Shown here piece after piece: positions 1 to 9,982 of a DNA stretch of 64,000 nucleotides (the stretch's first letter is position 1; each line of letters starts with the position of its first letter). This stretch comes from a virus, in the UHGV virus genome UHGV-0038492. One strand, 5' to 3'. A program made the position numbers and the translations under genes. The notes below the pieces were generated by a model that saw only the letters and a list, made by a program, of their open reading frames with translations, searched no databases and was not told the origin of the DNA.

Positions 1-284
1 TGCGCGGTCAAGCGTTTATCGACGCTTTTAACGTTTTCGTTGCTGCTGCGATTAAACACAAGCGTAGCATCTTCTATTACCCGAATGTGAACTACCACCT
101 GGATTGGTTCCACGATTCTGCTGAACGTGAAACTTACGTGGTGTTTATCAACATGCTGGTACGTTTTGCTAACTCTCAAGATAAAGCAAACTTCGCACAG
201 CGTGACAACGTTAACCGTCTGCTGCAACGCGTAACTGACCCAGAACTGCAACAGCTGCTGGCGTACTGCTTCAACGCGGCTTAA
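1..284 (+). CDS. hypothetical protein, C-terminal part (gene begins upstream of window)
   Basis: Frame is open from the window edge to TAA at 282-284; terminator hairpin follows immediately. Confidence 0.5.
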   Translation, partial: RGQAFIDAFNVFVAAAIKHKRSIFYYPNVNYHLDWFHDSAERETYVVFINMLVRFANSQDKANFAQRDNVNRLLQRVTDPELQQLLAYCFNAA

Positions 285-291
285 TAAGCAT

Positions 292-331
292 TACCCTACT
301 CCTCTCGGGAGTAGGGTAGCTTTTATTTTTT
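292..331 (+). terminator. Rho-independent terminator between convergent genes
   Basis: Stem taccctactcc / ggagtagggta with loop tctcg, then gcttttatttttt. Confidence 0.75.
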
Positions 332-332
332 C

Positions 333-2113
333 TTAGTGAGTGGTTTTGATGTATTCAAACGGATCGGTAACGGTTTCTCCCTGACGACGTAAGAATGCTT
401 CTAACACAACGTTCTTATCCGGCAGTAAGAAGAAGTCCGTTGCGATTTCCATTGCATTAACACGCCCTGCGGTAAGGTTAATCCCTACACGACGACGTAC
501 TTCTTCAGGAACACCATGAATACTCAGCAACTCGATTAACGTTGTTTCACGAGACTGGTTCATCATGTTCGTTGCAGAAGGATACGCCTGGGTTAAGTCC
601 GCATCTGCGGTTTGCCCACGGAAAGCAGTGTAGAAATCATCAAACTCTTTAATGATTCCTCGCAGACCGTTTTCTGCGTTCATACACGCAGTTAACGTAA
701 CAATCCAACCGTCCGTACCGATAACTTCTTCATCGAAATCATTACGCATTGCACTACCTACACAACCGATAACCAATCCTTGTTCATAAAGGTAATAGGT
801 GTAAGCAATACAAATACGTTTTGGTAACGAAGGGAAGATATCGTACATCGAATAACCTGCCAGTACGGAAATTGCCGAAGACAAGTCGTTCGTCTTTTTA
901 TCCAACAACACAATCATCAGGTTATCGAAGATGTTATAAACGCAGTATTCGAGCGGGAACTCTTTCTGTGCTTTTAAGTGCCATTCCAGTTTCTCCTCGT
1001 AAGGCAACTCTGGCAAGTCTAACTTGTTTAAGCCCAGTTCGGTTTCCAGAATAGCGTTAAGTTTGTAAGAAGGACGTTGGCCTTCGTGAACACGCAGTGA
1101 ACGAAATAGACACATTGCATCCACACAGTAGAACGATGCGGTACAATAAAGTACGTGCCACTGTTGTGAAGGTGCTTTGGTCAGTGATTTCGATTCCGTT
1201 TTCTTCGATGCTTCGTCTTTCTTGAAGTAAACACGACGGTATTGTTTCGGTACATCAGGATGGCAAAAGACGTCTTCTGGTGGAATCCCTGCGGCTTCCA
1301 GTGCTTCTAACATGCGTGAAATATCGAACTCGTGGTTCCATGCAACTAATAAGTCAGGTAGACGAGGGTGAATCTCTTCAAACATGCGTTGAATACAGCA
1401 GCCAGAGTTTAAGCATTCGTAAACGAAGATTTTATATCCGTCGATAACGTCTTTGATTTCAGTCTTAGGATTGCCTTCTTTGTCTTTGCCACGAAAAGCA
1501 ATTTTAGAAAGTAACTCCTTCGCACGTTTAATTAGTCGCGCTTCGAAGTTCTCACGGCCACAACGCGCAACGTAGTCTTTCGTTGCGAAGAAATGAATTT
1601 CGTCATCCAAAACAAAACTCATAATCCAAGGGTCTCGAGATTTGTCTTCTTCTCGAGTTTCCACGTCGTATACACAAATACGGTTAGGTGAAACGGCGTT
1701 AGGCCATTTCTTTACATACCTTTCTTTAATCCAGCTGGTGATAGGTAAGTCAGCCCAGTATACGTACGGAGAGGTACAGACTTGGCGTAATGAACGTTTT
1801 TTGTCAGGAAATCTTGCCCCTAGACCCATCTGGATAGTTTGTGACATCATCACATCCGTGGTCATGTATTCCTGACACTTACTGCGTTCTTCGTATTCTT
1901 TCTTTTCTTGATGGTTACGGTGTTGTGGTAAAGTAATGTAGATAGGCCGTTTCAGATTTTCACGCATGACGATACGCGGGATGAATCTGCCATCTTTAGT
2001 ATGGACGACCTCCTTTATGAGCACGAAGTCGTTTTCTTTCTGCTGATCGGTTGCGTACGAAACAAATTTGCACTCTTTGGCAATAACGTCTTCCGGTGCG
2101 TAATAGTTATTCA
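333..2113 (-). CDS. family-B DNA polymerase-like protein with 3'-5' exonuclease domain (possible fragment of a split polymerase)
   Basis: Translation shows ExoI-like VYDVETRE, ExoII-like AWNHEFDISRML and ExoIII-like YCVDAMCL in order; weak motif-A-like YDIFPSLP; no motif B/C seen. Start set at MNNYYAPE (ATG 2111-2113) rather than track start 2249, which would overlap the divergent gene. Confidence 0.5.
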
Positions 2114-2185
2114 TGTTTTCACTCTCAAATCTAGCGGCTGCTATACTGATTTGTGGGTAATGTAATTTCTCAAAAGGAAACACAA

Positions 2186-3520
2186 ATGGGATACTGGCAA
2201 AATCACATTGCATCAGTTGCGGATGCAAAGGTTGTAGCCGCAGAATCAATTAAATTCCAAGATAAAAAGAAACTCGCAGAACTGGCAGACATTATTGCTA
2301 AATTTCGTGCAGCCGGAGACTTCAGTCCGGCCGGTTACGAGAGTTCTGGCGTTTCTGATTGGGTATTTAAAACCAACGGCATTAGCATTAACTTTAAGAA
2401 CGGTAGCGAACTCGGATTATTCGACGTTGCCTTCGCAGGTGTAGAACCGCCTAAACTGGACGCGAACAGTCCGGTCATTGCGTCAATGGCGCGTGCACTG
2501 TACGCAGGCAATAAAGACCTGGATATGTACAGTAAGTTTATTAAAGAAAACGAACTGAACAGCACCATTGACGATTCCAGTGCGAAAATCAGCGGTGATT
2601 TAAGCAAAGTCGCTTCCCCGCTCTATCTGACTCCGGTGTTGTTAGAGAAGCTGGAGCTGACCGATTTGGAGGTTGCTGCGGTAATCCTTCACGAAGTCGG
2701 GCACGTTTATTATTACTTCCGTACGCTGATGCGAACCGTGGTAACGGATTTACTGGCAGACGCTGCGGCTAACCGTATCATGGAAAGCGAAGACCCAGCT
2801 GTTCGTTTACGTGTGGTTAAAGACGTTGAACGAATGCTGAACACGAAAGTGAATCAGCCTGAGACCATCTGCACTGAGTACAAGAAAGAAAACGTCTACA
2901 TGCATCTGGTAACAGATTTGCTGTTAGACCGTCCGTTCATTACCGGTAGTCAAGGCTTTGCAAACCGTACCTGGGAACGTGCTGCTGACGACTTCGCTGC
3001 CCGTTTTGGTGCGGCCCCGTACTTAGCTTCTGCGCTGTACAAAATGGAAACCAGCCCGTTCTATCTACTGCGTAACTCGTCGTATATGAACATGGGCGTC
3101 CACCTGACGATTGAGTTGTTCCGTGTGACTGCGCTGATTGCTCAAGCCGCCATTCCGATTCTTCCGGTTATCTCTGTTACGTTCGGGATGATTCTGAACG
3201 ACCCAGATAACACCATCTACGATCCGCCGCAGGAACGTTTTGAAGCGATGCGTCGTACGCTGGTAGAAGAACTGAATACCATCAAAGACAAAAACACGAA
3301 AGCGGCTAACGAGCAACGTAAACGTATTCTGGATGGTATCGCGGTAATTGACCGAATTCTCCTTACGGTTAAAGACAAAGATAACCTGTATCAGTTTATC
3401 TGGAAGACGCTGACACCGAAAGGGCGTCGTGACCGTGCTGCGGTGGATTATCAGCGCGCTATCGGGAAGTATATGTCGAATGACCTCCGTATCGCATCTG
3501 CCATGTTTAACGTCGATTAA
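2186..3520 (+). CDS. putative zinc metallopeptidase, M48/M56-like
   Basis: HEVGH (HExxH) followed ~90 aa later by ERAADDFAA (ExxAD-type third ligand motif), then a hydrophobic segment; RBS aaggaaa before ATG 2186 (track start 2153 rejected). Confidence 0.5.
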   Translation: MGYWQNHIASVADAKVVAAESIKFQDKKKLAELADIIAKFRAAGDFSPAGYESSGVSDWVFKTNGISINFKNGSELGLFDVAFAGVEPPKLDANSPVIASMARALYAGNKDLDMYSKFIKENELNSTIDDSSAKISGDLSKVASPLYLTPVLLEKLELTDLEVAAVILHEVGHVYYYFRTLMRTVVTDLLADAAANRIMESEDPAVRLRVVKDVERMLNTKVNQPETICTEYKKENVYMHLVTDLLLDRPFITGSQGFANRTWERAADDFAARFGAAPYLASALYKMETSPFYLLRNSSYMNMGVHLTIELFRVTALIAQAAIPILPVISVTFGMILNDPDNTIYDPPQERFEAMRRTLVEELNTIKDKNTKAANEQRKRILDGIAVIDRILLTVKDKDNLYQFIWKTLTPKGRRDRAAVDYQRAIGKYMSNDLRIASAMFNVD

Positions 3521-3534
3521 GTAAAGGTAAAACC

Positions 3535-3978
3535 ATGACGCATAAAGTTTCTCTGAATTCGTTAGTTCTGGATTTTAAACGTGCTAACGAAGGTAAAGGT
3601 GTTCAGGCGCAGCGTGCCCTGACTGGCCTGGTTGCATTCTCGCTGGCGTATAATGCCGATATGCCAGACAACGGACCGTATGGTTCTAACGAAGTTTCAC
3701 AAATCAAACTTCGTCCACTGATGAAAAACGTGGTATCCGACGTTAACGAGCTTTACTGCGTTGACTTAGGCACTATTGAAGACCTGACCGTTGCGTTGTT
3801 CTGTAACCGTTACGACAGCGCCTGGGGTGGACGTCGTGCAATTGAAAACTTCTCCGTACGTGAGATTTTCAACGAAGCCTTAGGTGATGATGTTTGGAAC
3901 ACCGTCAACCTGTGGCTGGAACGTTTTGTCGACGCAGTGAAATTCTACATGGATGAAACGCGAGGCAAATTATCATGA
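3535..3978 (+). CDS. hypothetical protein (147 aa)
   Basis: ORF with RBS aaaggtaaaacc; stop overlaps next start (ATGA at 3975). Confidence 0.6.
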   Translation: MTHKVSLNSLVLDFKRANEGKGVQAQRALTGLVAFSLAYNADMPDNGPYGSNEVSQIKLRPLMKNVVSDVNELYCVDLGTIEDLTVALFCNRYDSAWGGRRAIENFSVREIFNEALGDDVWNTVNLWLERFVDAVKFYMDETRGKLS

Positions 3979-5648
3979 GCATGGAAATGACAGCAAACAT
4001 TGCACAACCGCAATGGAAACTCGACGAACTTCCAACCATTATCGAACAGCGAATGGAAGAACGTATCGATTCTGTCAGCCAGCTCAACCTCTACATGCAG
4101 CGTAACGAAGCCGATTTGATTTACGGTTCACGTATTATCGCGCAGATTGAAGCGATTCTTCGTGAAGTTCGTAAAGCGGGTCTAAATCGTGACGTTGCCG
4201 TAGCGACGGAATCTTTGCGTCCAGGTACCATTCCAAAAGCAGTGCAAAGCATCCTGACGTCGAATTACAGCCGTACCCATCAGAAAGAAACCGTCATCGC
4301 GTTAGAGTCTTACGCAAACTTCGGTAAGATCAGTCTTATCGTGATGGTAATGATGGGGATTATGAAAATCCTGAACTGGATTATCAGTAACGCTGTACCG
4401 TTTGCAGGGGCTGCTGACGTGGATGGGGACGAGTATCGTGACAAGCTCTTAGAGAAGATCGATGCGGTTCCTTTCTTTGAACGTCTGAAAATTACCGCGC
4501 TGAAAGAAGCGTATATGGACGCATCGAAGGGACTGAAAGACGGCGAACTGAATAACCTGGAATTGGCTATTCTGATGGCGGATGAAGTCCTGACGAACAT
4601 GAACGCGGAAGACCTGCTGAACAAGCTCAGTGCGGCACTGGGTCGTTCTCCGTTCGTAGGGATGTTTAAAGACTACACGAAACGCCGTCAGAACGAACAG
4701 CAGGTTATCCACGATATCCTCGATACGTTGCTGCGTACCAATATCGGTTGTGCAGTATTCAGTCAGCAGGTTTGTGACGAAGTGTACAAAGGTTTACCGG
4801 CGGACGTTCGTAAAGCAGGTGTCAACATTCCTAACGAAGCGTTCTACCGCCAGATGGGAAGAAACCTGGAGAACTTCTCCGCAGGGTTAAAACGTTTAGA
4901 ACAGTCGTTAAAAGACCTCAAGACCTATTACTTCTCGGGTGACCGTAGGCTGGGTACGGATCAAGAAAACCGTATTAGCGCAACGGGCATCGTTCAAGCA
5001 CTGGCGTTGCTTAACGGTGAAATTGAAATAGGGTTAACTGATTTTGCATCGTGCCGTGGCGCACCCTTACCGACGATAATGGTGAAATCCGATCGTGACT
5101 TAATCGGCTATTCATCTCGTGAGTTCGGTAATGGTTTCATTATCGCTTCTGCGGGCGTTAACTCGTATTTCGGTTCTGCGGCTAACATGGAAATTATGCG
5201 CCAGGAGCTGAGCTTTACCAGCGGTGATTCTCGTGAACTGTTAGCGTGTCTGATTACGTTAGCTCGTAGCGGTATTACCAAAGGGCCAGCCGATACGTCT
5301 CTTGACCGTTTCAAAGTGGTAGAGAAACAGATCGAGAAAGTGGTTAGCCAGTTGAAAGACATGTCTCGCCAATCTCGCTCTGGTATGAACAGCAAAGCTT
5401 GGCAGATGATGGAACAAGCGTTCCGTGACGAAGCACAACGTTCAGAACTGTACGAATTGGACATTGGTCGTGAACTGACGACGATGACCGTGATGGACCC
5501 AGACCGAAACGTGTGGGATTCTGTTGCGTTTACAACGGAACTGATTAAGTCCTGGACAACTGCCGCCGGTGCGCTGGCGACGATTCTGAAACGGGCTAAG
5601 AACAACCCGCTGGTAAAAGGTGGGAAGTTTAATAAACTCGTCGACTAA
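3975..5648 (+). CDS. hypothetical protein (557 aa) with one internal hydrophobic segment
   Basis: Long ORF translationally coupled to upstream gene; ends at bidirectional terminator. Confidence 0.65.
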   Translation: MSMEMTANIAQPQWKLDELPTIIEQRMEERIDSVSQLNLYMQRNEADLIYGSRIIAQIEAILREVRKAGLNRDVAVATESLRPGTIPKAVQSILTSNYSRTHQKETVIALESYANFGKISLIVMVMMGIMKILNWIISNAVPFAGAADVDGDEYRDKLLEKIDAVPFFERLKITALKEAYMDASKGLKDGELNNLELAILMADEVLTNMNAEDLLNKLSAALGRSPFVGMFKDYTKRRQNEQQVIHDILDTLLRTNIGCAVFSQQVCDEVYKGLPADVRKAGVNIPNEAFYRQMGRNLENFSAGLKRLEQSLKDLKTYYFSGDRRLGTDQENRISATGIVQALALLNGEIEIGLTDFASCRGAPLPTIMVKSDRDLIGYSSREFGNGFIIASAGVNSYFGSAANMEIMRQELSFTSGDSRELLACLITLARSGITKGPADTSLDRFKVVEKQIEKVVSQLKDMSRQSRSGMNSKAWQMMEQAFRDEAQRSELYELDIGRELTTMTVMDPDRNVWDSVAFTTELIKSWTTAAGALATILKRAKNNPLVKGGKFNKLVD

Positions 5649-5699
5649 AAAAGAAGTACCCTACTCCCGAAAAGGAGTAGGGTAGCTTTTTATTTTTTT
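5646..5699. terminator. bidirectional Rho-independent terminator
   Basis: Stem taccctactcc / ggagtagggta flanked by an A-run upstream and T-run downstream; lies between convergent genes ending 5648 (+) and 5698 (-). Confidence 0.8.
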
Positions 5700-8652
5700 A
5701 GTCTGCGGTGGTGTCGTGACGGTTGTAAACGATAACAACGTCGTCTTTCAGACCGATGTCACCACTGGCTTCAATATCCAGTTTCTTACCAATCGTTGCG
5801 CGTGCAGCTTCGGATACCACAGTAAACAGACGCATGTCTTTGTCTGGACCCATCGCATCCAACTCAACCCCGATGATCGACGTGTCAAGCGTTTCGCTGA
5901 GCTCATTACCAATCTCTGTTGCCGAGATAGTAAGATGTGAACCCAAGTAGTCGTTGATAACTTGAGACGTTTTCTTACGAATCTGCGTTAACAGATCGCT
6001 GTTGCTACGGTTAGCCGCTGTGAGGTAATAACGAACGGTAAACTGGTTTTCAGCCGGTTTCGGCGTCACCACCCCGTCTTCGGTACGTGCATCGATATAA
6101 CCCATCGTGGTGATAGGAACGAAATACCCTTCCGTACGCTCTAACAACATCGGTTTTAACGTCGGTAGAACCACGGTCACGTAGTTAACGATATTCTCAA
6201 TAACTGCGTTCAGATAGGATTTCGCAGACGCTGTGGTAGCGAATTTATAACGTGCGTCGAAGACCGCCATTTCACTACGGAACTTAATAGAACGAGATTT
6301 CGCAATCTTAGGATTACCGTACTCGTCTTTTACTAAGTCCCCTTCGTGGTGCAGGATAATCTGCTGGCCGGTTTCGTCAAGCTTAGGATCGCCTTTACGG
6401 TGTTCGTAAGTGATTTGTAGCGGTGGTGTACGGCCTGCGTCATACGTGTAAACCGGAACCCCATTCTCATCACGTTTCACCACGTCAATTTCCCACGTCG
6501 CTAACACGTCTTTGTCGTAATACTCGTAGTTGATGCTGTCAGTAACAGCACGCGCTTTACGCCAATAGTACGTCATCGCTTTACCCAGTTCGATTTTGAA
6601 TATCTCGTGGGTAATACCGATAGCGTCACGAGAAGGCGCTGTGATTAACGTATCCATCTCTACACGTTCGTAGTTCCCAGGGTAATAACCTGTGCAACCG
6701 TAGAACAGGTTAAAATCTGTCAGCAGTGGAACAGGTGTTTCCGTTGGGTTACTTCCGTTAATGCGGGTGTTGGTCAGTACCAGTTCGTCGTTACGGTCAA
6801 CGTCCAGGTTAGTTTCCAGCAAGAACTCCCAAACACGTTCACTGCCCTGCTTACCGACTAACGTACCGTTAATGTACGCCAAGGTGTTATCGGAATTACG
6901 AGGACGGAAAGACAGCTGTGCAAAGACTTGGTCATCAGTCAGTGCCTGGTAAGGTGCTTCTGACTTCGTAATCGTACGCAACACATAACCTGCTTCCGTT
7001 TTCTCGATAGTGTAGTCAGCAGTAACGACGCTGAGCTCCGTCGAGACGTTGGTCGCAATAAAGCGTTTGGAGTTTAATAGCGGTTTATCCAACTGGTAAA
7101 TACGCACGTCAATCGCTTTGTTGTTAATGTCAACAACGTAATGGAACGGTGTAAACAAATAACGGTTCGTGTTTGCTGCGTTAATCAAGTCTTCCTTACG
7201 CATGGTCTTCGCCAATACCGTCATCTCGGCATCTACAGTCAGACTGGTATCCGTAAAGCGATAGAGTGTGTCAGGAAGAATGGTCAGGCGATTACCGTTG
7301 ACTTTCACTGTCGGAAGATTAACCAGCTCGTTCCAGGAGAAATAGAACGGCGCAGTAATCGTACCAATCGGTGAGCTGACGTTAGCAATCGTCGATTCCA
7401 ACATCGGTGCTGTCATGAAGTACGTACGACTGGTCACATAGTCGTTAGGTTTAGACAGCGTAAGACCGTAATCGGAAACCGTAGCTTCAAGCTGCTTTTC
7501 CGTCACAGGTAATTTACGTGCACCCACAGCGTTATTAACAACGCGAGTACGTAAGTCACTGAACGAGAGCTGACTGCGACCACCCGACAGCATCTTCCCA
7601 GCTTTTGCTGCAAGCTGTTTAATAGAGAATGCTTTAATCGGGTTGATATAGTTCGCGTCATACTCTTCGTTTAAGTCACGTAGACTGAAGCTATACTCAT
7701 CAGACGGGTATGCAGAGATGTCTAACTCCAACGGCCCTAAGGTCGTATAGACGTCCATCCTGATAGTCCCACTGACGAGATTCTTCGCCATGTAAATAGA
7801 TGGAATCGTACAACGGATGTTGCCGTTACCCACCTGAATCAATGCTGTTGGCGTGTTCGGGTCGTAAACATCCCGACTGTGGGTGTGCTGTATCTCTACC
7901 CACTTGTTGCTGCCCGTTGCCTTCATCCAAACACGAACGTAGAAGAACTTGTTAGTGTAAGCACGGGTCATGACGAAAGTGTTGTTACCTTCGACAGTGT
8001 TACTTTCTTCTTTCACCGCATACTGCATAACCGGGATATGAATAGCCAGCAGCTGTGACGACGTTGTGTTAGTGGACGTTAGTTCCCATTCCAGGGCGTT
8101 CGTGGAAACTGGTGAAATCGGCGATTGTGTTTCAGTAATCCACAGTACCTGGAATGCCGGGTTCTCGTTCGTTCCGTATGGAAGTACACGGATTTCGATT
8201 GGGTACTGAATAGCAAACGTGTAACCAGAAACCGTAAAAACAGTGTCACGTGGGATAACGACTTTACGAACCCCCGCGATTTGCAACGGATACGCTTTCG
8301 AGATTAAGCTGTCAACGTCAATTAACAGTAACAGTTCTGTAGTAGCAGGCTGCGCAAAGACGTCAACGTAATCCACGTCTGACATGTGTCGGAACAGGTC
8401 ATCGTAGGTCTGTGCCATTGACGGGAACGTTTTAGGAATAGATTCCTGGAGCCCCATCAACGTCGCGTGTCCCATCATCGTTCCCATTTCTGCCAAATAA
8501 ACGACAGGGTCGGTAGGGTCACGGAGATAAATTTGACCATCGGCATCTTCAACATCTTGAAGCTGGTTTAGCAGCATTGTCTGCATCGCCGCAGGGTTGT
8601 GTGCGAACAGCAGAAGTTTCTTTGCCAAAGTATCGTAAGTTGTTGAACTCAT
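5698..8652 (-). CDS. hypothetical large protein (984 aa)
   Basis: Long ORF; start overlaps stop of upstream minus-strand gene at 8652 (coupled pair); no catalytic motif recognised. Confidence 0.65.
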   Translation of the reverse strand: MSSTTYDTLAKKLLLFAHNPAAMQTMLLNQLQDVEDADGQIYLRDPTDPVVYLAEMGTMMGHATLMGLQESIPKTFPSMAQTYDDLFRHMSDVDYVDVFAQPATTELLLLIDVDSLISKAYPLQIAGVRKVVIPRDTVFTVSGYTFAIQYPIEIRVLPYGTNENPAFQVLWITETQSPISPVSTNALEWELTSTNTTSSQLLAIHIPVMQYAVKEESNTVEGNNTFVMTRAYTNKFFYVRVWMKATGSNKWVEIQHTHSRDVYDPNTPTALIQVGNGNIRCTIPSIYMAKNLVSGTIRMDVYTTLGPLELDISAYPSDEYSFSLRDLNEEYDANYINPIKAFSIKQLAAKAGKMLSGGRSQLSFSDLRTRVVNNAVGARKLPVTEKQLEATVSDYGLTLSKPNDYVTSRTYFMTAPMLESTIANVSSPIGTITAPFYFSWNELVNLPTVKVNGNRLTILPDTLYRFTDTSLTVDAEMTVLAKTMRKEDLINAANTNRYLFTPFHYVVDINNKAIDVRIYQLDKPLLNSKRFIATNVSTELSVVTADYTIEKTEAGYVLRTITKSEAPYQALTDDQVFAQLSFRPRNSDNTLAYINGTLVGKQGSERVWEFLLETNLDVDRNDELVLTNTRINGSNPTETPVPLLTDFNLFYGCTGYYPGNYERVEMDTLITAPSRDAIGITHEIFKIELGKAMTYYWRKARAVTDSINYEYYDKDVLATWEIDVVKRDENGVPVYTYDAGRTPPLQITYEHRKGDPKLDETGQQIILHHEGDLVKDEYGNPKIAKSRSIKFRSEMAVFDARYKFATTASAKSYLNAVIENIVNYVTVVLPTLKPMLLERTEGYFVPITTMGYIDARTEDGVVTPKPAENQFTVRYYLTAANRSNSDLLTQIRKKTSQVINDYLGSHLTISATEIGNELSETLDTSIIGVELDAMGPDKDMRLFTVVSEAARATIGKKLDIEASGDIGLKDDVVIVYNRHDTTAD

Positions 8653-9956
8653 CAGTTAGTACCTGCCTCTGTAACAAGACCATTGACGCTGTCAAGTAAT
8701 CCTGCTTTCTTGAGAATATATTGATAGTCTGCTTGGTAGACATACCAGGTAAGCTTGCGCCGTACGGAATCGATATGTGGATAGCCGTAATAGTTAAATA
8801 AAGGCAATAACTGTGGCGCGATAGGAACAAGTTGGCTGCTGGCCATCGGGATAAAATTCCCCGAAGCGACTGAGCCGGGTTGTGGGAGCATATCTGGGTT
8901 AAACATCCCAACGGTTTTATTGAACATCTCCATGTAAAGCGGATCGTTAAACCGTGCCCCGATTGCTTGCCAGTTGATGTTAATCGTTACATCGTCATTT
9001 AACTGTGGTTTTGAGTTATCGACGTTCGCCATTTGACCCGCGTTATCGTTCATCGGCCAGGCTACACAGATTGTCCAGAAACGGGTGATGTTCCCTAACG
9101 CATCGTAACGTAGACCGTAGATACGTGACTGGTAATCAATGCGTCGTTGGATGGAGTTGCGCATCTTCGGACGGAACTTACCCATCTTAACGCCCGCCAT
9201 ATACTCCAACCACACGCCCATCATTCGCATTAATGGGTCACCGTAAGGGTTGTTTAAGGACATTGACACAGAGAACGCGTTGTTGATTTCGTGCGTAGAA
9301 TCAACCATACCCCATTGTTCGCGCATCAACCCTTCACTGGCCATCCAGTTGTCGACGGACTGATCGGGTGTTCCGCTTAAACTGATCAGCTGTGTACTGA
9401 GTATTGGTATGAACGCTTGTAGATTATCGAATCTTACCTGCGGCATAAACGGAGTACCTAAGCGGTTTCTTCGTATCCCCGTTTTGCTCTCAACAGGTGA
9501 GTCCGAAAACCCTAATTCGAAATCAGGGTCGAGAGCAGCAAGTATCGAATAATCTAAAGAGTCCTTCGGCTGCAATGCCATGTTTGACATTTTACGCGAC
9601 TTGGCAATGTTGTCGTAGCACAGGTTGAAATCGGGCCGGGTAATAAATGTTAGACCGCCGTATTCTCGGTTGATTGGCGTGGGGTTAGACGCCATCATAT
9701 GGTTGAACCCCATGTAGGGGTTGGTCAAACGCTGCGCAGCAAGACCCAAACCTACAGTAAGGCGGATACGATCGTTCCATGCCGTAAGTTCGGTGTTTGC
9801 ATCGTAAGGTGTTGCCGGATTGTTGTTGCTGAGTCGGTTATTAAAATACCCGGCAACAGAAGGCACCGCGTCCGCGTTATTCGGATTGTGGAGAGAATCG
9901 TCGTAATCAGTATTCGGGTCATACCCCGGATCGTTCTTATCTGTCTCGTCACTCAT
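8652..9956 (-). CDS. hypothetical protein (434 aa)
   Basis: ORF with RBS ggag 7 nt before ATG (minus strand); first gene of a two-gene minus-strand operon. Confidence 0.65.
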   Translation of the reverse strand: MSDETDKNDPGYDPNTDYDDSLHNPNNADAVPSVAGYFNNRLSNNNPATPYDANTELTAWNDRIRLTVGLGLAAQRLTNPYMGFNHMMASNPTPINREYGGLTFITRPDFNLCYDNIAKSRKMSNMALQPKDSLDYSILAALDPDFELGFSDSPVESKTGIRRNRLGTPFMPQVRFDNLQAFIPILSTQLISLSGTPDQSVDNWMASEGLMREQWGMVDSTHEINNAFSVSMSLNNPYGDPLMRMMGVWLEYMAGVKMGKFRPKMRNSIQRRIDYQSRIYGLRYDALGNITRFWTICVAWPMNDNAGQMANVDNSKPQLNDDVTININWQAIGARFNDPLYMEMFNKTVGMFNPDMLPQPGSVASGNFIPMASSQLVPIAPQLLPLFNYYGYPHIDSVRRKLTWYVYQADYQYILKKAGLLDSVNGLVTEAGTN

Positions 9957-9982
9957 CTTTAACTCCGGAGTTCATTAGGAAA

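Noticed and set aside
87-284. Stand-alone 65 aa gene starting at ATG 87
   Set aside because: The frame is open back to the first base of the window, so it is more likely the C-terminal end of a longer gene; annotated as partial.
2153-2249. ORF-track starts at 2153 (+) and 2249 (-), which would make the divergent genes overlap
   Set aside because: Internal ATGs at 2186 (+, with SD aaggaaa) and 2113 (-) give non-overlapping divergent genes with a 72 nt intergenic region; the longer starts lack an SD.
3975-5648. AADVDGDE segment resembling the RNA polymerase beta-prime NADFDGD catalytic motif
   Set aside because: Only a 4-5 residue resemblance; flanking sequence does not fit beta-prime context, so it is probably coincidental.
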